Shown: positions 33,945 through 42,688 of the stretch, piece after piece | Layout of the letters: each line of letters begins with the position of its first letter | How positions within the stretch are numbered: the stretch's first letter is position 1 | Source: Mayamaea pseudoterrestris | Taxonomy: Eukaryota | Direction: 5' to 3' | DNA: 64,000 bases | Assembly: GCA_027923505.1 (NCBI GenBank) | Contig: BROI01000017.1 | Coordinates: 248,001 to 312,000 of the forward strand | Notes under the pieces: generated by a model | Databases searched by the model: none | What the model saw: only the letters and a program-made list of their open reading frames with translations | Told to the model about the DNA's origin: nothing | Position numbers and translations under genes: made by a program

Positions 33945-35048
33945 ATGCACGAGCTTCCATTTCACATTGATGGCAAGGAAATCACGAGGGTGGATGTCGG
34001 CAAGCTCATGTATTTGGCCAAGGATTCGATCTTGACGATGCGACGCAGAAAGATTAACATTGAATCGCAATCACCACAAGCACTGGATCAAACACTGACA
34101 AATGATGAGCCCCCGCCTCTTTACTTTCGAGTCGTCCTTCAAAAGAACACTGATCGCTACATTTACGAACAAATGCCTCCAACTGGAACACTTGCGAAAA
34201 CCAACAAGACTCTGATTTGCGCGGCATGCTGCGCCAAAACCTTTGCCACGCTCCAGGCCGTTTTGACGCACTGTCACACGCAACATCCACTGCCACTCGA
34301 CCCAATGTGGACGACGCCTCTCAAAGTCGTTTATCAAGACACGTACATTGCAATCATTGTGAAACCACAAGGCATGGCAATCATGGGCGACAAGCATACG
34401 CTCGGCAAGAGTGACTTGCTACTGCCACTAGCCAATCCCAAGAAACGACATTTCGAGGAGAACGACGACGACGATATTCACTTGACAAAGCCACGCGTCG
34501 CGCATCGGTTGGATGCCGCAACGGGAGGTTTGGTGGTCGTTTGCAAAACGTACCAGTCGGAGCGCTTGGTCAAGGAAGCCTTTGAGAATCGGCACGTGAG
34601 CAAAACCTACCGAGCAGTCGTGGTTGGAAACGTGACGGCTGACGCTGGCGAATGCAGTCAGTTGTGCTCGGGCAAGGAGTCGCTGTCAAAGTGGAAGGTG
34701 CTGGATCGCGTCCGATCCGTCACGTACGAGTGGTTGACGGTGCTGGAGCTGCAACCAGTGACGGGGCGCATGCATCAACTCCGCAAGCATATGAAGTTGA
34801 TGAACCATCCCATTCTTGGCGACGCTCGCTACGGAGGAAAGGATGCACTTGTTAAGCGAAATCTCGAGCCGTATAGTCGCCTGTGTCTTTGGGCCATGAA
34901 AATATCCTTTCCTCATCCGAAAACGAAGCAAGTCATGACTTTTGAAATGGATGAACCAGAGTGGTTGACCTTTGTACTTGAGCATGAGCGAACGCAATGG
35001 AATGCAACGGACGGGCGAACTAATGGCGATAAGATTAATGACGAGTAG
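33945..35048 (+). CDS. RluA-family pseudouridine synthase with an N-terminal C2H2-like zinc finger
   Basis: VKPQG, HRLDAATGG (catalytic Asp), KTYRAVV, TGRMHQLRKH, PILGDARYG; CAACCAKTF..LQAVLTHCHTQH. Confidence 0.9.
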   Translation: MHELPFHIDGKEITRVDVGKLMYLAKDSILTMRRRKINIESQSPQALDQTLTNDEPPPLYFRVVLQKNTDRYIYEQMPPTGTLAKTNKTLICAACCAKTFATLQAVLTHCHTQHPLPLDPMWTTPLKVVYQDTYIAIIVKPQGMAIMGDKHTLGKSDLLLPLANPKKRHFEENDDDDIHLTKPRVAHRLDAATGGLVVVCKTYQSERLVKEAFENRHVSKTYRAVVVGNVTADAGECSQLCSGKESLSKWKVLDRVRSVTYEWLTVLELQPVTGRMHQLRKHMKLMNHPILGDARYGGKDALVKRNLEPYSRLCLWAMKISFPHPKTKQVMTFEMDEPEWLTFVLEHERTQWNATDGRTNGDKINDE

Positions 35049-35129
35049 TGCATCAAATATTGTAAACCACTTCTGCTGTCCCAATTCGTTAACAATGACT
35101 ACTATGATTTACTCGTATTCAAAGCCCGC

Positions 35130-35741
35130 CTAATGATGAGCAAAGGCCTCCTCGTCCGGAATGTGCAGCATCTTGAAAAAGAGTCCAAGATCCTTAATGT
35201 AGTAGGTATTGTCATCGTTGTTAATGGTGAACCAAAAGAGCGCATGCGACTCTGGGTCAACATATCCCACCTGTCGCGAGGCGCGTCGCGAGGGAACTAG
35301 AATAGGAGACGCAAAGGTTCCCGTTCCTTCCGGTGGAACTAGACCCAGGTCATTGTATCCGTCAATGTTGGCTTCCTCAAGCTCGTCCAAATCTCCAATA
35401 TTGTCAATGCCAATCTCGTCCATTTCCTTTCGGAGATCGGCGGGAACGAAATCAGGAATGTCTCCCTTCTTGAGCTTTCGGTCGCGGTCCGATGCAATGA
35501 GATTATCCGGCTCGCCGAGTCCAAGCATTTTGCCAAGTCCAAATGGCATTTTAAACGAGGACATGCTGCGGGCCGTCACGTCCAGCGTGCGCTTGTTGAC
35601 AAGCCTGGAGCTGCTGTTAACATGGAGGATAAATGGTAATTTTCAGTCAGATCACATTTAAAGGACAACAATTTCTTATTTGGACTCTTTTAATCAAAGC
35701 CAAGCCCGTTCCAATAGTATCAACTACCAAGCCTTTTGCAT
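35130..35741 (-). CDS. COX5B: Cytochrome c oxidase subunit 5b-like
   Basis: Basic mitochondrial-type presequence, probable short first exon (ATG 35741); GTFASPILVPSRRASRQVG...LFWF...GLFFKM. Confidence 0.65.
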
Positions 35742-36185
35742 CGGCAGGTCAAGTGTGACGCAACTTGCAACGCACGCCAAAAAATACTTGTTGCAGCATA
35801 CTTTTCTCGGCTTTCTTAACGCATAACTGTTCTCACCTTCGTGCTAGAGTGGACCACATTGTTACTACTATAAACAGAACAAACTATCGATGGAGATATC
35901 AAGGAAACGATAGCAGCCACACACCTCCGCGGGACCGCTCCTACACGTCGATGACCACAGAAGAGCTTATTTCTTCGTTTACCCGACGCGCGACGGAACG
36001 CGGCGACGGTGAAGACTGACGACGACGAGGACTTGAAAACCGAACCAAGGTTCATTACTTGTGCGACATAAACCGGTACTGAAAGATGCCGCACCAAACG
36101 ACGACGACGAGAGCCATCGAACAATCACCCATCATAGCAATCAGCTTTGCTCCAAGCCTTTGAAACAAAGTCTCAACTATCAGCC

Positions 36186-36953
36186 ATGCCATCATTATAC
36201 ACCATTGTCAGAGATTCTTTCTTGTTAATTTTCTGCATTCAATTCTCACTCGCCCAAAGCGACGACCCAGCAACCTACAATGGCGGCAGCTGCTTGGCCA
36301 TGGCGGGCCGCGAGTGCGTTGCCCTTGCGGTGGATCAACGATTTGGAAGCGGACTGTCACTCGTCAATGTGCAACCAAGAACTGTCTTGCTGCCGTCATC
36401 TCGAGTCATGGTTGCCTTTACCGGACTACAAGGAGATGTGCAAACCTTGCAGCAGGAACTTGTCAACATGGTTGATGACAAGTATGCGAGAGGACTTGGA
36501 ATTGCCACAAAACACGCCATCTCTGTCAAGGCAATGTGCTCACTGACGAGTCATGTTTTGTATGCGAAGAAGAATGCGCCGTACTATGTTGAGCCAATTG
36601 TCATTGGTTTGATGGAACATGAAGATATTGTTGGTGGCAGCGTTGACAACGATGATTCTGCATCCCATGTTGAATCAAAAACCTGTCACCCTTATATCTG
36701 CTCCATGGATTGCATCGGAGCGCAGTCAACCACCGATACGTTTGCATGCTCGGGAGCGGCGACAAAGTCCTTGTATGGAACAGCTGAAGCTCTCTGGAAG
36801 CCAAACCTTTCACCCGACGAACTTGTACGAGTTTGCGCCAAGGCATTTACAAGTGCACTGGAACGAGATTGTCTTTCGGGATATGGTGCCATGATTTACC
36901 TGATAACCGCGAATGGCGTGACGGAATATGATGTGGCGAGTCGGAGTGATTGA
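36186..36953 (+). CDS. PSMB3: 20S proteasome subunit beta type 3 with N-terminal signal peptide (probably symbiont-derived, periplastidal)
   Basis: YNGGSCLAMAGRECVALAVDQRFG, GLQGDVQT, PYYVEPIVIGL, MDCIGA, LYGTAEALWKPNL, RDCLSGYGA. Preceded by FLLIFCIQFSLA-Q. Confidence 0.9.
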   Translation: MPSLYTIVRDSFLLIFCIQFSLAQSDDPATYNGGSCLAMAGRECVALAVDQRFGSGLSLVNVQPRTVLLPSSRVMVAFTGLQGDVQTLQQELVNMVDDKYARGLGIATKHAISVKAMCSLTSHVLYAKKNAPYYVEPIVIGLMEHEDIVGGSVDNDDSASHVESKTCHPYICSMDCIGAQSTTDTFACSGAATKSLYGTAEALWKPNLSPDELVRVCAKAFTSALERDCLSGYGAMIYLITANGVTEYDVASRSD

Positions 36954-37866
36954 AGCAGAAGCATCTTGAGCTTGCAAGAGTGCATCGAAGGATGGTGCTG
37001 TTGAGCTTTATGATTCAAGCCAAGTACAAAGTAAGTGCGCCCGCTACTTGAGCATGCAAAACTACGGTACAGTACTGTTCATAATGGTGCTTGTTGACAG
37101 GCATGCGCTAATGGCAAGCGCATCTGCTGCAGCTACCGTAATGCACTGGGTGCCTCGCGAATCTGGCAATGAGATAACCTACCTTGTACTACTCGACAAC
37201 TACGTTCGGAGTATATCATATTCTTCATACAGTAGCCTTTGAATTGCATACTCCTACTACTTGTACTACCGAAAGGCTACTTGTAGCCAGTGATCAACAT
37301 TTCGTACCGCATCACAAGTGCATGCTGCAATTAGACATCGGACATATATATTATCATACTGCCCCCTCAAGCTCACCACGAACGTTGATGTTGCGCATAG
37401 CAGCGACAGATGCGAGCGTCTTGACATAAGTTCTACCGTACTTGAGCGAAATCAAGACAGAACAGCATGTCAATAAAACTCGCAACGACTTGCAAGGTTC
37501 AATCGTTGATCGGACAATGGCGAAGTGTCGACATTTTGTGGCTGCCTTTCGTGTCCTTGGCATGCGCCACATAAGGAGAGTTAACCAGTGGCAACCTTTG
37601 ATAAGAGTCGTTGACGATCAGGCAATGATATATGCAGAATGAGGTTGCAGAAATCGTGTCAATTGGTCTATTATGCCACGACTGCTTACTTAAGCCTGAG
37701 CAATATTGAAAAGTACGAATGATTCGTTTGTGCCCCTTTGACTCGTTCACAATTGCACCAACGTGGTCGGTTTATCCATCGCACATCATCCATCATCCAT
37801 TTCCCATGCACACATTCAAAAGATCCAGTTCAGCAGCACACTACAACATCAACACGTCAAGCCGCC

Positions 37867-38670
37867 ATGGAGAGACCAAAGCTACCGCTACACCTTGCTG
37901 ACCTGCTGTCTGAGGCGGGGGAAGTGATTATTGTGGAAGACAATGCTCGCATCCAAGCCCATTCTGTGACGGAGGAGGCCTACCGACGCGGATTAAAAAC
38001 TCAACGGAGGCGGACACGAAGAAGCAGCATATGCCTATTCTCCAACACAAGGGAAGGCTTCAAACCATCTGACTTGATGTCCACAAGTCATTCACTCTCG
38101 TTGACAAGTATTGTTGCCAATGCTGCGCCGCTCATCACAGCGGACGACCGATCGTTCCAACGAGCACGACGACTGCGAGAGTGTCGATGGCAATCTGAAC
38201 CAATGACTCCTCCTGGTTTAATGCAACGAAACGTTGTTTTAAAGGCGCGATCGCCCCCAAAGGCAGACGTTCCAGTCAGTGTGCCGATTCGACGACCATC
38301 ACGCAGTATCGAAGCTGCAGCCAATGCGATCATGACAGCAGTCATGGACGATTTGAGTCTGTTCGTGGAAGATGCGTGTGTCAGCAAGGATGAGTGTGAG
38401 GACAGTGAAGAGCTTTGCTGTGTTCCATTGAGAATTGATGGCGACATTGCCATTGAATCTGCTGTAGAAACGAGCCATGTTGAGAGAGCCATCATTTCCG
38501 AGGCGCCACAGACGAACCATGTACGTCGCCGGCGTACCACAAGATCGCAACGTCTGCGACAAGCTTTCAAAGGTATAAAGATAGGCCAAAGATCGCTTGA
38601 CGAAGACGAAGACCAAACGTCTACCACATTCGACATGGCGTCGACGGAGTTAAGCACCGAGACTTTGTAA
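37867..38670 (+). CDS. Hypothetical low-complexity protein
   Basis: 268-codon ORF in a good start context (gccgccATGG); IIVEDNAR, CRWQSEP, PIRRPS motifs; no recognised domain. Confidence 0.55.
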   Translation: MERPKLPLHLADLLSEAGEVIIVEDNARIQAHSVTEEAYRRGLKTQRRRTRRSSICLFSNTREGFKPSDLMSTSHSLSLTSIVANAAPLITADDRSFQRARRLRECRWQSEPMTPPGLMQRNVVLKARSPPKADVPVSVPIRRPSRSIEAAANAIMTAVMDDLSLFVEDACVSKDECEDSEELCCVPLRIDGDIAIESAVETSHVERAIISEAPQTNHVRRRRTTRSQRLRQAFKGIKIGQRSLDEDEDQTSTTFDMASTELSTETL

Positions 38671-38836
38671 ATCTATACGTTATTGTACATTACATAGCCG
38701 CTTGCTCGCTGTGATATACCTAATTAAATTATTGCCTCCATTAATATACCAATGCCTTAACAGAGTCCCCGATTTATCAGACACGACGTAAACATTCTAA
38801 ACGGAATTGCGTCAATTGTTCGCCGCCAAAAAACTT

Positions 38837-39245
38837 TTACTGCATATACTTGTGCGTCTTCATCAACGCTGCCAACTTGTCTTTGTCAGCACCCATCATT
38901 TCTTCAATCTTTTCTCCGCCCTTGTAAAAGTGAAAGGTGGGCATGGCGCGAACTTTGCACTGGCCGGCAACGTCGTCGGCCTCGTCCACGTCCACCTCGG
39001 CAAAGACCACGTCTGGATTCTCCTCGGCCATTTTCTCAAAGATTGGATGAATGAACTTGCAAGGCCCGCACCTGTGTAAGCATATGAAAGAGAAATCAGA
39101 TCGTTGTCGCCTGCATGCTGTGCATGAAACGCAGCGAATCTTGCACGAACCATTCGGCGCTAAAGTCGAGAATGACTAGTTTGCTTTTGGAAGTCTCGAG
39201 CAAAGCATTGTATTCTTCGAGGTTGGTAATCTTTTGGACAGTCAT
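38837..39245 (-). CDS. TRX: Thioredoxin (cytosolic/h-type), two exons
   Basis: MTVQKITNLEEY...LVILDFSAEW, intron 39150-39072, then CGPCK...VDVDE...AMPTF. WCGPC is formed across the splice. Confidence 0.95.
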
Positions 39246-39541
39246 GACAGCGGCAGGGACAAAGTAATTCCGAGTAGTCGAAGGTAAGAGCGAGAAGTGT
39301 GATGTTCACGACCACGAAGTAGTGGAGTGAATGGAAGGCCGCGGATGCGGAGAAACATCACATTGAATTGAAGTGGTGACGTCAGCTTAGTTCGGGTTTC
39401 GGTGAAATGGAACTTCCTCGAAGTTTGGCCTTCTTCCGGAAGCAGTTTTGCTCACAAACTCGCAACTCTGTACGATGGCCATGTTTGTCATCATTCAAGC
39501 AGCTCAATGCTGTTCACTTGTCTTGTCTGTAATAAAAGACT

Positions 39542-40072
39542 ATGAGCAAATACGAGCTTCAACGGCGGGCAACAGATCTCTCCGGAGTCAGTCATGAGGA
39601 TGCACAACGAGCACTTCATCTATCCCCCTCCGTATTCGATCGTATTGGCACGGATGGGATACATTTACTTTCGCAAATATTCTATGACGGCGTCTACTCC
39701 GACAAAGAGAATCAATGGTTTTTGAACATTTTTGCTAGCAGCAGCAAAAAAGAGGCGATTGACAACCAGTTTCGCTTCTTTGTTCAAACATTTGGCGGAC
39801 CTGACCTTTATCGCGCCAAAAAGGGAAAGTATACGCGCTTGGTGGGACGACATGCCAATTATTCCATTGGCTACGCCGCGGCAAAGAAGTGGGTGTCTCA
39901 CATGGAGCGGGCATTACGCCAGCATCCACTCATTCGACGCGATGACGAGGTTTTGGCGGCACTGTCATTATACTTTCGATACACGGCGTACTACATTGTC
40001 GTGACGAAGGAATACATGCGTTCCGATCAACTCAGTGGAGGTTCTTGTGTAGATACGCACTCTAATTGGTGA
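39542..40072 (+). CDS. GLB3: Group II truncated (2/2) haemoglobin, GLB3-like
   Basis: FYDGVY..WFLNIF...EAIDNQFRFFVQTFGGPDLY...LVGRH...AAKKWVSHM parallels plant GLB3/trHbO. Confidence 0.88.
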   Translation: MSKYELQRRATDLSGVSHEDAQRALHLSPSVFDRIGTDGIHLLSQIFYDGVYSDKENQWFLNIFASSSKKEAIDNQFRFFVQTFGGPDLYRAKKGKYTRLVGRHANYSIGYAAAKKWVSHMERALRQHPLIRRDDEVLAALSLYFRYTAYYIVVTKEYMRSDQLSGGSCVDTHSNW

Positions 40073-40093
40073 AGCCGATATAGATGAATTACA

Positions 40094-40924
40094 CTACTCA
40101 CCTTTGTTGTTTGACAAGTCAATGCGATGACACTTGAGCAATTCTCGTAGTTGCGTCTGCTGCTCAGTTGCACCAGTCTCGCCTCGCATAATGTCTTGAA
40201 GCCCATCAGAACCAAAGTCTTTCTCCATTGCTTGTATTAGACCAGCATTCCTCCTCCACACCTTGCCAGCGTCTCCGTCCAGTCGATCGACGGCAAGTGT
40301 TACTTCGTCCTCTCGCAAAATGTGAAAGAGCGGATATGGCGACCGGTTCGTCCAATTGTCAACACTGTCTGGTTCAGATCCTTCAAACTGAAAGAGCGGA
40401 TGGAATGGAGCAACTTGGATGACGCCTTCAAAGGTAGAATCGTCCTTGATAATGCCAGTCTCAATGAGCTCAAGCATGTCAAGATAGCTGTGAAAGTCGT
40501 CGGGATGGCACTCGGGGCACACGACTAGCGTCGTCCCTGGTTCCGTGGTGCGAAATAAAAGTTGGTCAAAGACTCGTGACAAAATTTCTTCGTCGTCGCT
40601 TCCTCGTACAACATCAATGAGCACCTTGTCTTGGCGAAGTGGTCGTTCGGCGAACGGGCAGAGGTTGAGACCAATAACGACTCGACGCAGCCAATTGATT
40701 GTTTCTTCCTCGACAGACGCGTCATCTTTAACAGTAGAGCTAGCAGACACGTGACTCTTCCGCCGCAAATTGTAACAATGGTAGGGTAAAACTTTCCGAT
40801 CCTGCCGTCGTAGACTACTAATTCTAATTTGCTGCATAGTTGATTGAAAGGCAAAGGCATGCGAGCACTGAAAGCGAAACATTACAGCGACCAATACAGT
40901 CAGTGTAAACTTAAATAAAGGCAT
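40094..40924 (-). CDS. DUF1415 family protein, probably plastid-targeted
   Basis: WLRRVVIGLNLCPFA, QVAPFHP, NWTNRSPYPLFHILRE; SHA-FAF presequence. Confidence 0.85.
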   Translation of the reverse strand: MPLFKFTLTVLVAVMFRFQCSHAFAFQSTMQQIRISSLRRQDRKVLPYHCYNLRRKSHVSASSTVKDDASVEEETINWLRRVVIGLNLCPFAERPLRQDKVLIDVVRGSDDEEILSRVFDQLLFRTTEPGTTLVVCPECHPDDFHSYLDMLELIETGIIKDDSTFEGVIQVAPFHPLFQFEGSEPDSVDNWTNRSPYPLFHILREDEVTLAVDRLDGDAGKVWRRNAGLIQAMEKDFGSDGLQDIMRGETGATEQQTQLRELLKCHRIDLSNNKGE

Positions 40925-41184
40925 AAAGTCTTCCCGGCTGGTATTGGTTCAGTACGGTATAGAATGGTAGTCTTCCACTCGAGGAAAATGAGAAGTGATG
41001 GACGAGATGGCGCGAAGAACCACTACGACGGACAAAAGATACTTTCATTCACGCTTTATGTTTGCTCGATCCGCGCAACCACACAAACGCAGGCACTTCG
41101 CCTGCTCGTTCCATTCGGTCGCCAAGGCTTGAGATATCGTAAAGAAATTAAGTACATTCTCTCCTCCAGCTCTATTTGAAAATC

Positions 41185-41649
41185 ATGTCAGACGACGAAA
41201 AGGCCAAGAGTAGCAGTAGTGCACCTTCTTATGAAGACCGCTGCAAGGCTGTCAATGCCATTTCGCACCCACTCGCCGCCAAGAAATCCACAAAGAAGGC
41301 GCACAAGCTTGTGAAAAAGGCGGCTGCCACCAAGCACATTCGTCGGGGAGTCAAGGAAGTTGTCAAGGGACTGCGCAAGGGAGAAACTGGTTTGGCGATT
41401 CTGGCTGGCGACATTTATCCGGTGGATGTCATTAGCCACTTGCCAGTCTTGCTGGAGGATGCCGACGTTCCGTACGTGTTTGTGCCAAGCAAATTTGATT
41501 TGGGAGCAGCGGCCAGCACCAAGCGACCGACGAGTTGCGTATTGATTCGGACGCCAAAGAAAGATTTTGATGGTCAAGACTTGTATGATGCTCTCGTGAA
41601 GGAGGCAAAGGAATATGATCCAGCGACTATTTCGGTCTCGTCGCGATGA
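41185..41649 (+). CDS. NHP2: H/ACA snoRNP subunit 2 (L7Ae family)
   Basis: ISHPLA, RRGVKEVVKGLRKG, LAGDIYPVDVISHLPVL, LGAAASTKRPTSCVL. Confidence 0.93.
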   Translation: MSDDEKAKSSSSAPSYEDRCKAVNAISHPLAAKKSTKKAHKLVKKAAATKHIRRGVKEVVKGLRKGETGLAILAGDIYPVDVISHLPVLLEDADVPYVFVPSKFDLGAAASTKRPTSCVLIRTPKKDFDGQDLYDALVKEAKEYDPATISVSSR

Positions 41650-41827
41650 GTGCTGTCAATGCTGGAAGGGGCGCGGAGCTTCGTACACTTATTGTCCATC
41701 ATTGGATAAGGTTTAATGTGATTATACAGCTTTATAAATTATGACGAGCGTACTTGTAGCTATTGCTTTTTAATCCAAGTTAACGTGGTGACGGCACCTA
41801 TCACCGAGAGTACAGATTTTGTAATCT

Positions 41828-42472
41828 TTACTCCGCCAATTCCATGGCATTTGAATGATCTCCACTTATCTCCTCAAAGACTTGGCGGAGTGGTTTTTCC
41901 ATAGCATTTGGAACAACCATGGCGCAGGCTGGACTCGCCAAACCGCCCGTCTCGTCGTAAATCTCCTTTCCCAAAATGTTGTAGACGGCCATCATTTCCT
42001 GTCTGCGAAAACCAGAAAACAGTAGGACTGGAATGTTCGATTCTATCACTGTCGCTTCGCTATATGTATTTGATATCGCTCCATTGGCAATCTGCGTCGT
42101 GGCATCGCGCACCGACAAGTCCAGCTCGGGTTGCAATGGGCTTTGGATGCGATGGATCCGGCAAGACTTTTGTTGCGCCGTCGGAGCACCGTCGTGAATC
42201 ATATCTTGCACTTCCTCGTCATCAATACCAGACGGACAATAATACATAATCAGCAAAGGACCAGGCCCAAACTCTTCGTCGGTGGCATGTAGCTTGATAA
42301 AGTCGTTCTCGCGATTCTTCAGAAAGTCGAACAAGCCCATGCGAAGTTCTGTAGAACTTGCTGCAGCTTGGCGATGTAAAGCTCCTGCGCCTTGGCTGAT
42401 CCATGCTCTGCATGGCACTAGACATAAGAGAGACGAGGCATGCATCAAGAAAATGTATTGCTGCGTGACCAT
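41828..42472 (-). CDS. Plastid-targeted DUF3783-like protein
   Basis: Signal plus CRA-W, TELRMGLFDFL transit end; VLLFSGF...ACAMVVPNAMEKPLRQVFEEISGDH. Confidence 0.6.
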   Translation of the reverse strand: MVTQQYIFLMHASSLLCLVPCRAWISQGAGALHRQAAASSTELRMGLFDFLKNRENDFIKLHATDEEFGPGPLLIMYYCPSGIDDEEVQDMIHDGAPTAQQKSCRIHRIQSPLQPELDLSVRDATTQIANGAISNTYSEATVIESNIPVLLFSGFRRQEMMAVYNILGKEIYDETGGLASPACAMVVPNAMEKPLRQVFEEISGDHSNAMELAE

Positions 42473-42688
42473 GGCAAAGTGTTGGTTTGAAGCTTGGAGG
42501 TGTGTGACGTGACGACTTCATCTTTTCGTCGCCATTTCCGCGATGACATCAAGTGCCAGTGCGTCGTCGTGGCTATTATACCTTGTCTACCGGTGTACCG
42601 AAACCAAACTTTAGCCACTCCATATGTACAAGTATATTGATAGCTTTAACTCTTACAAAGTAAAAAAGTAAAGATGGATTCTATGTTG

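Noticed and set aside
36960..37860. Short ORFs in the longer intergenic gap
   Set aside because: No coding signature or recognisable repeat.
33945..41649. RluA and NHP2 as a pseudouridylation cluster
   Set aside because: They are about 6 kb and six genes apart and belong to independent pathways; probably coincidence.
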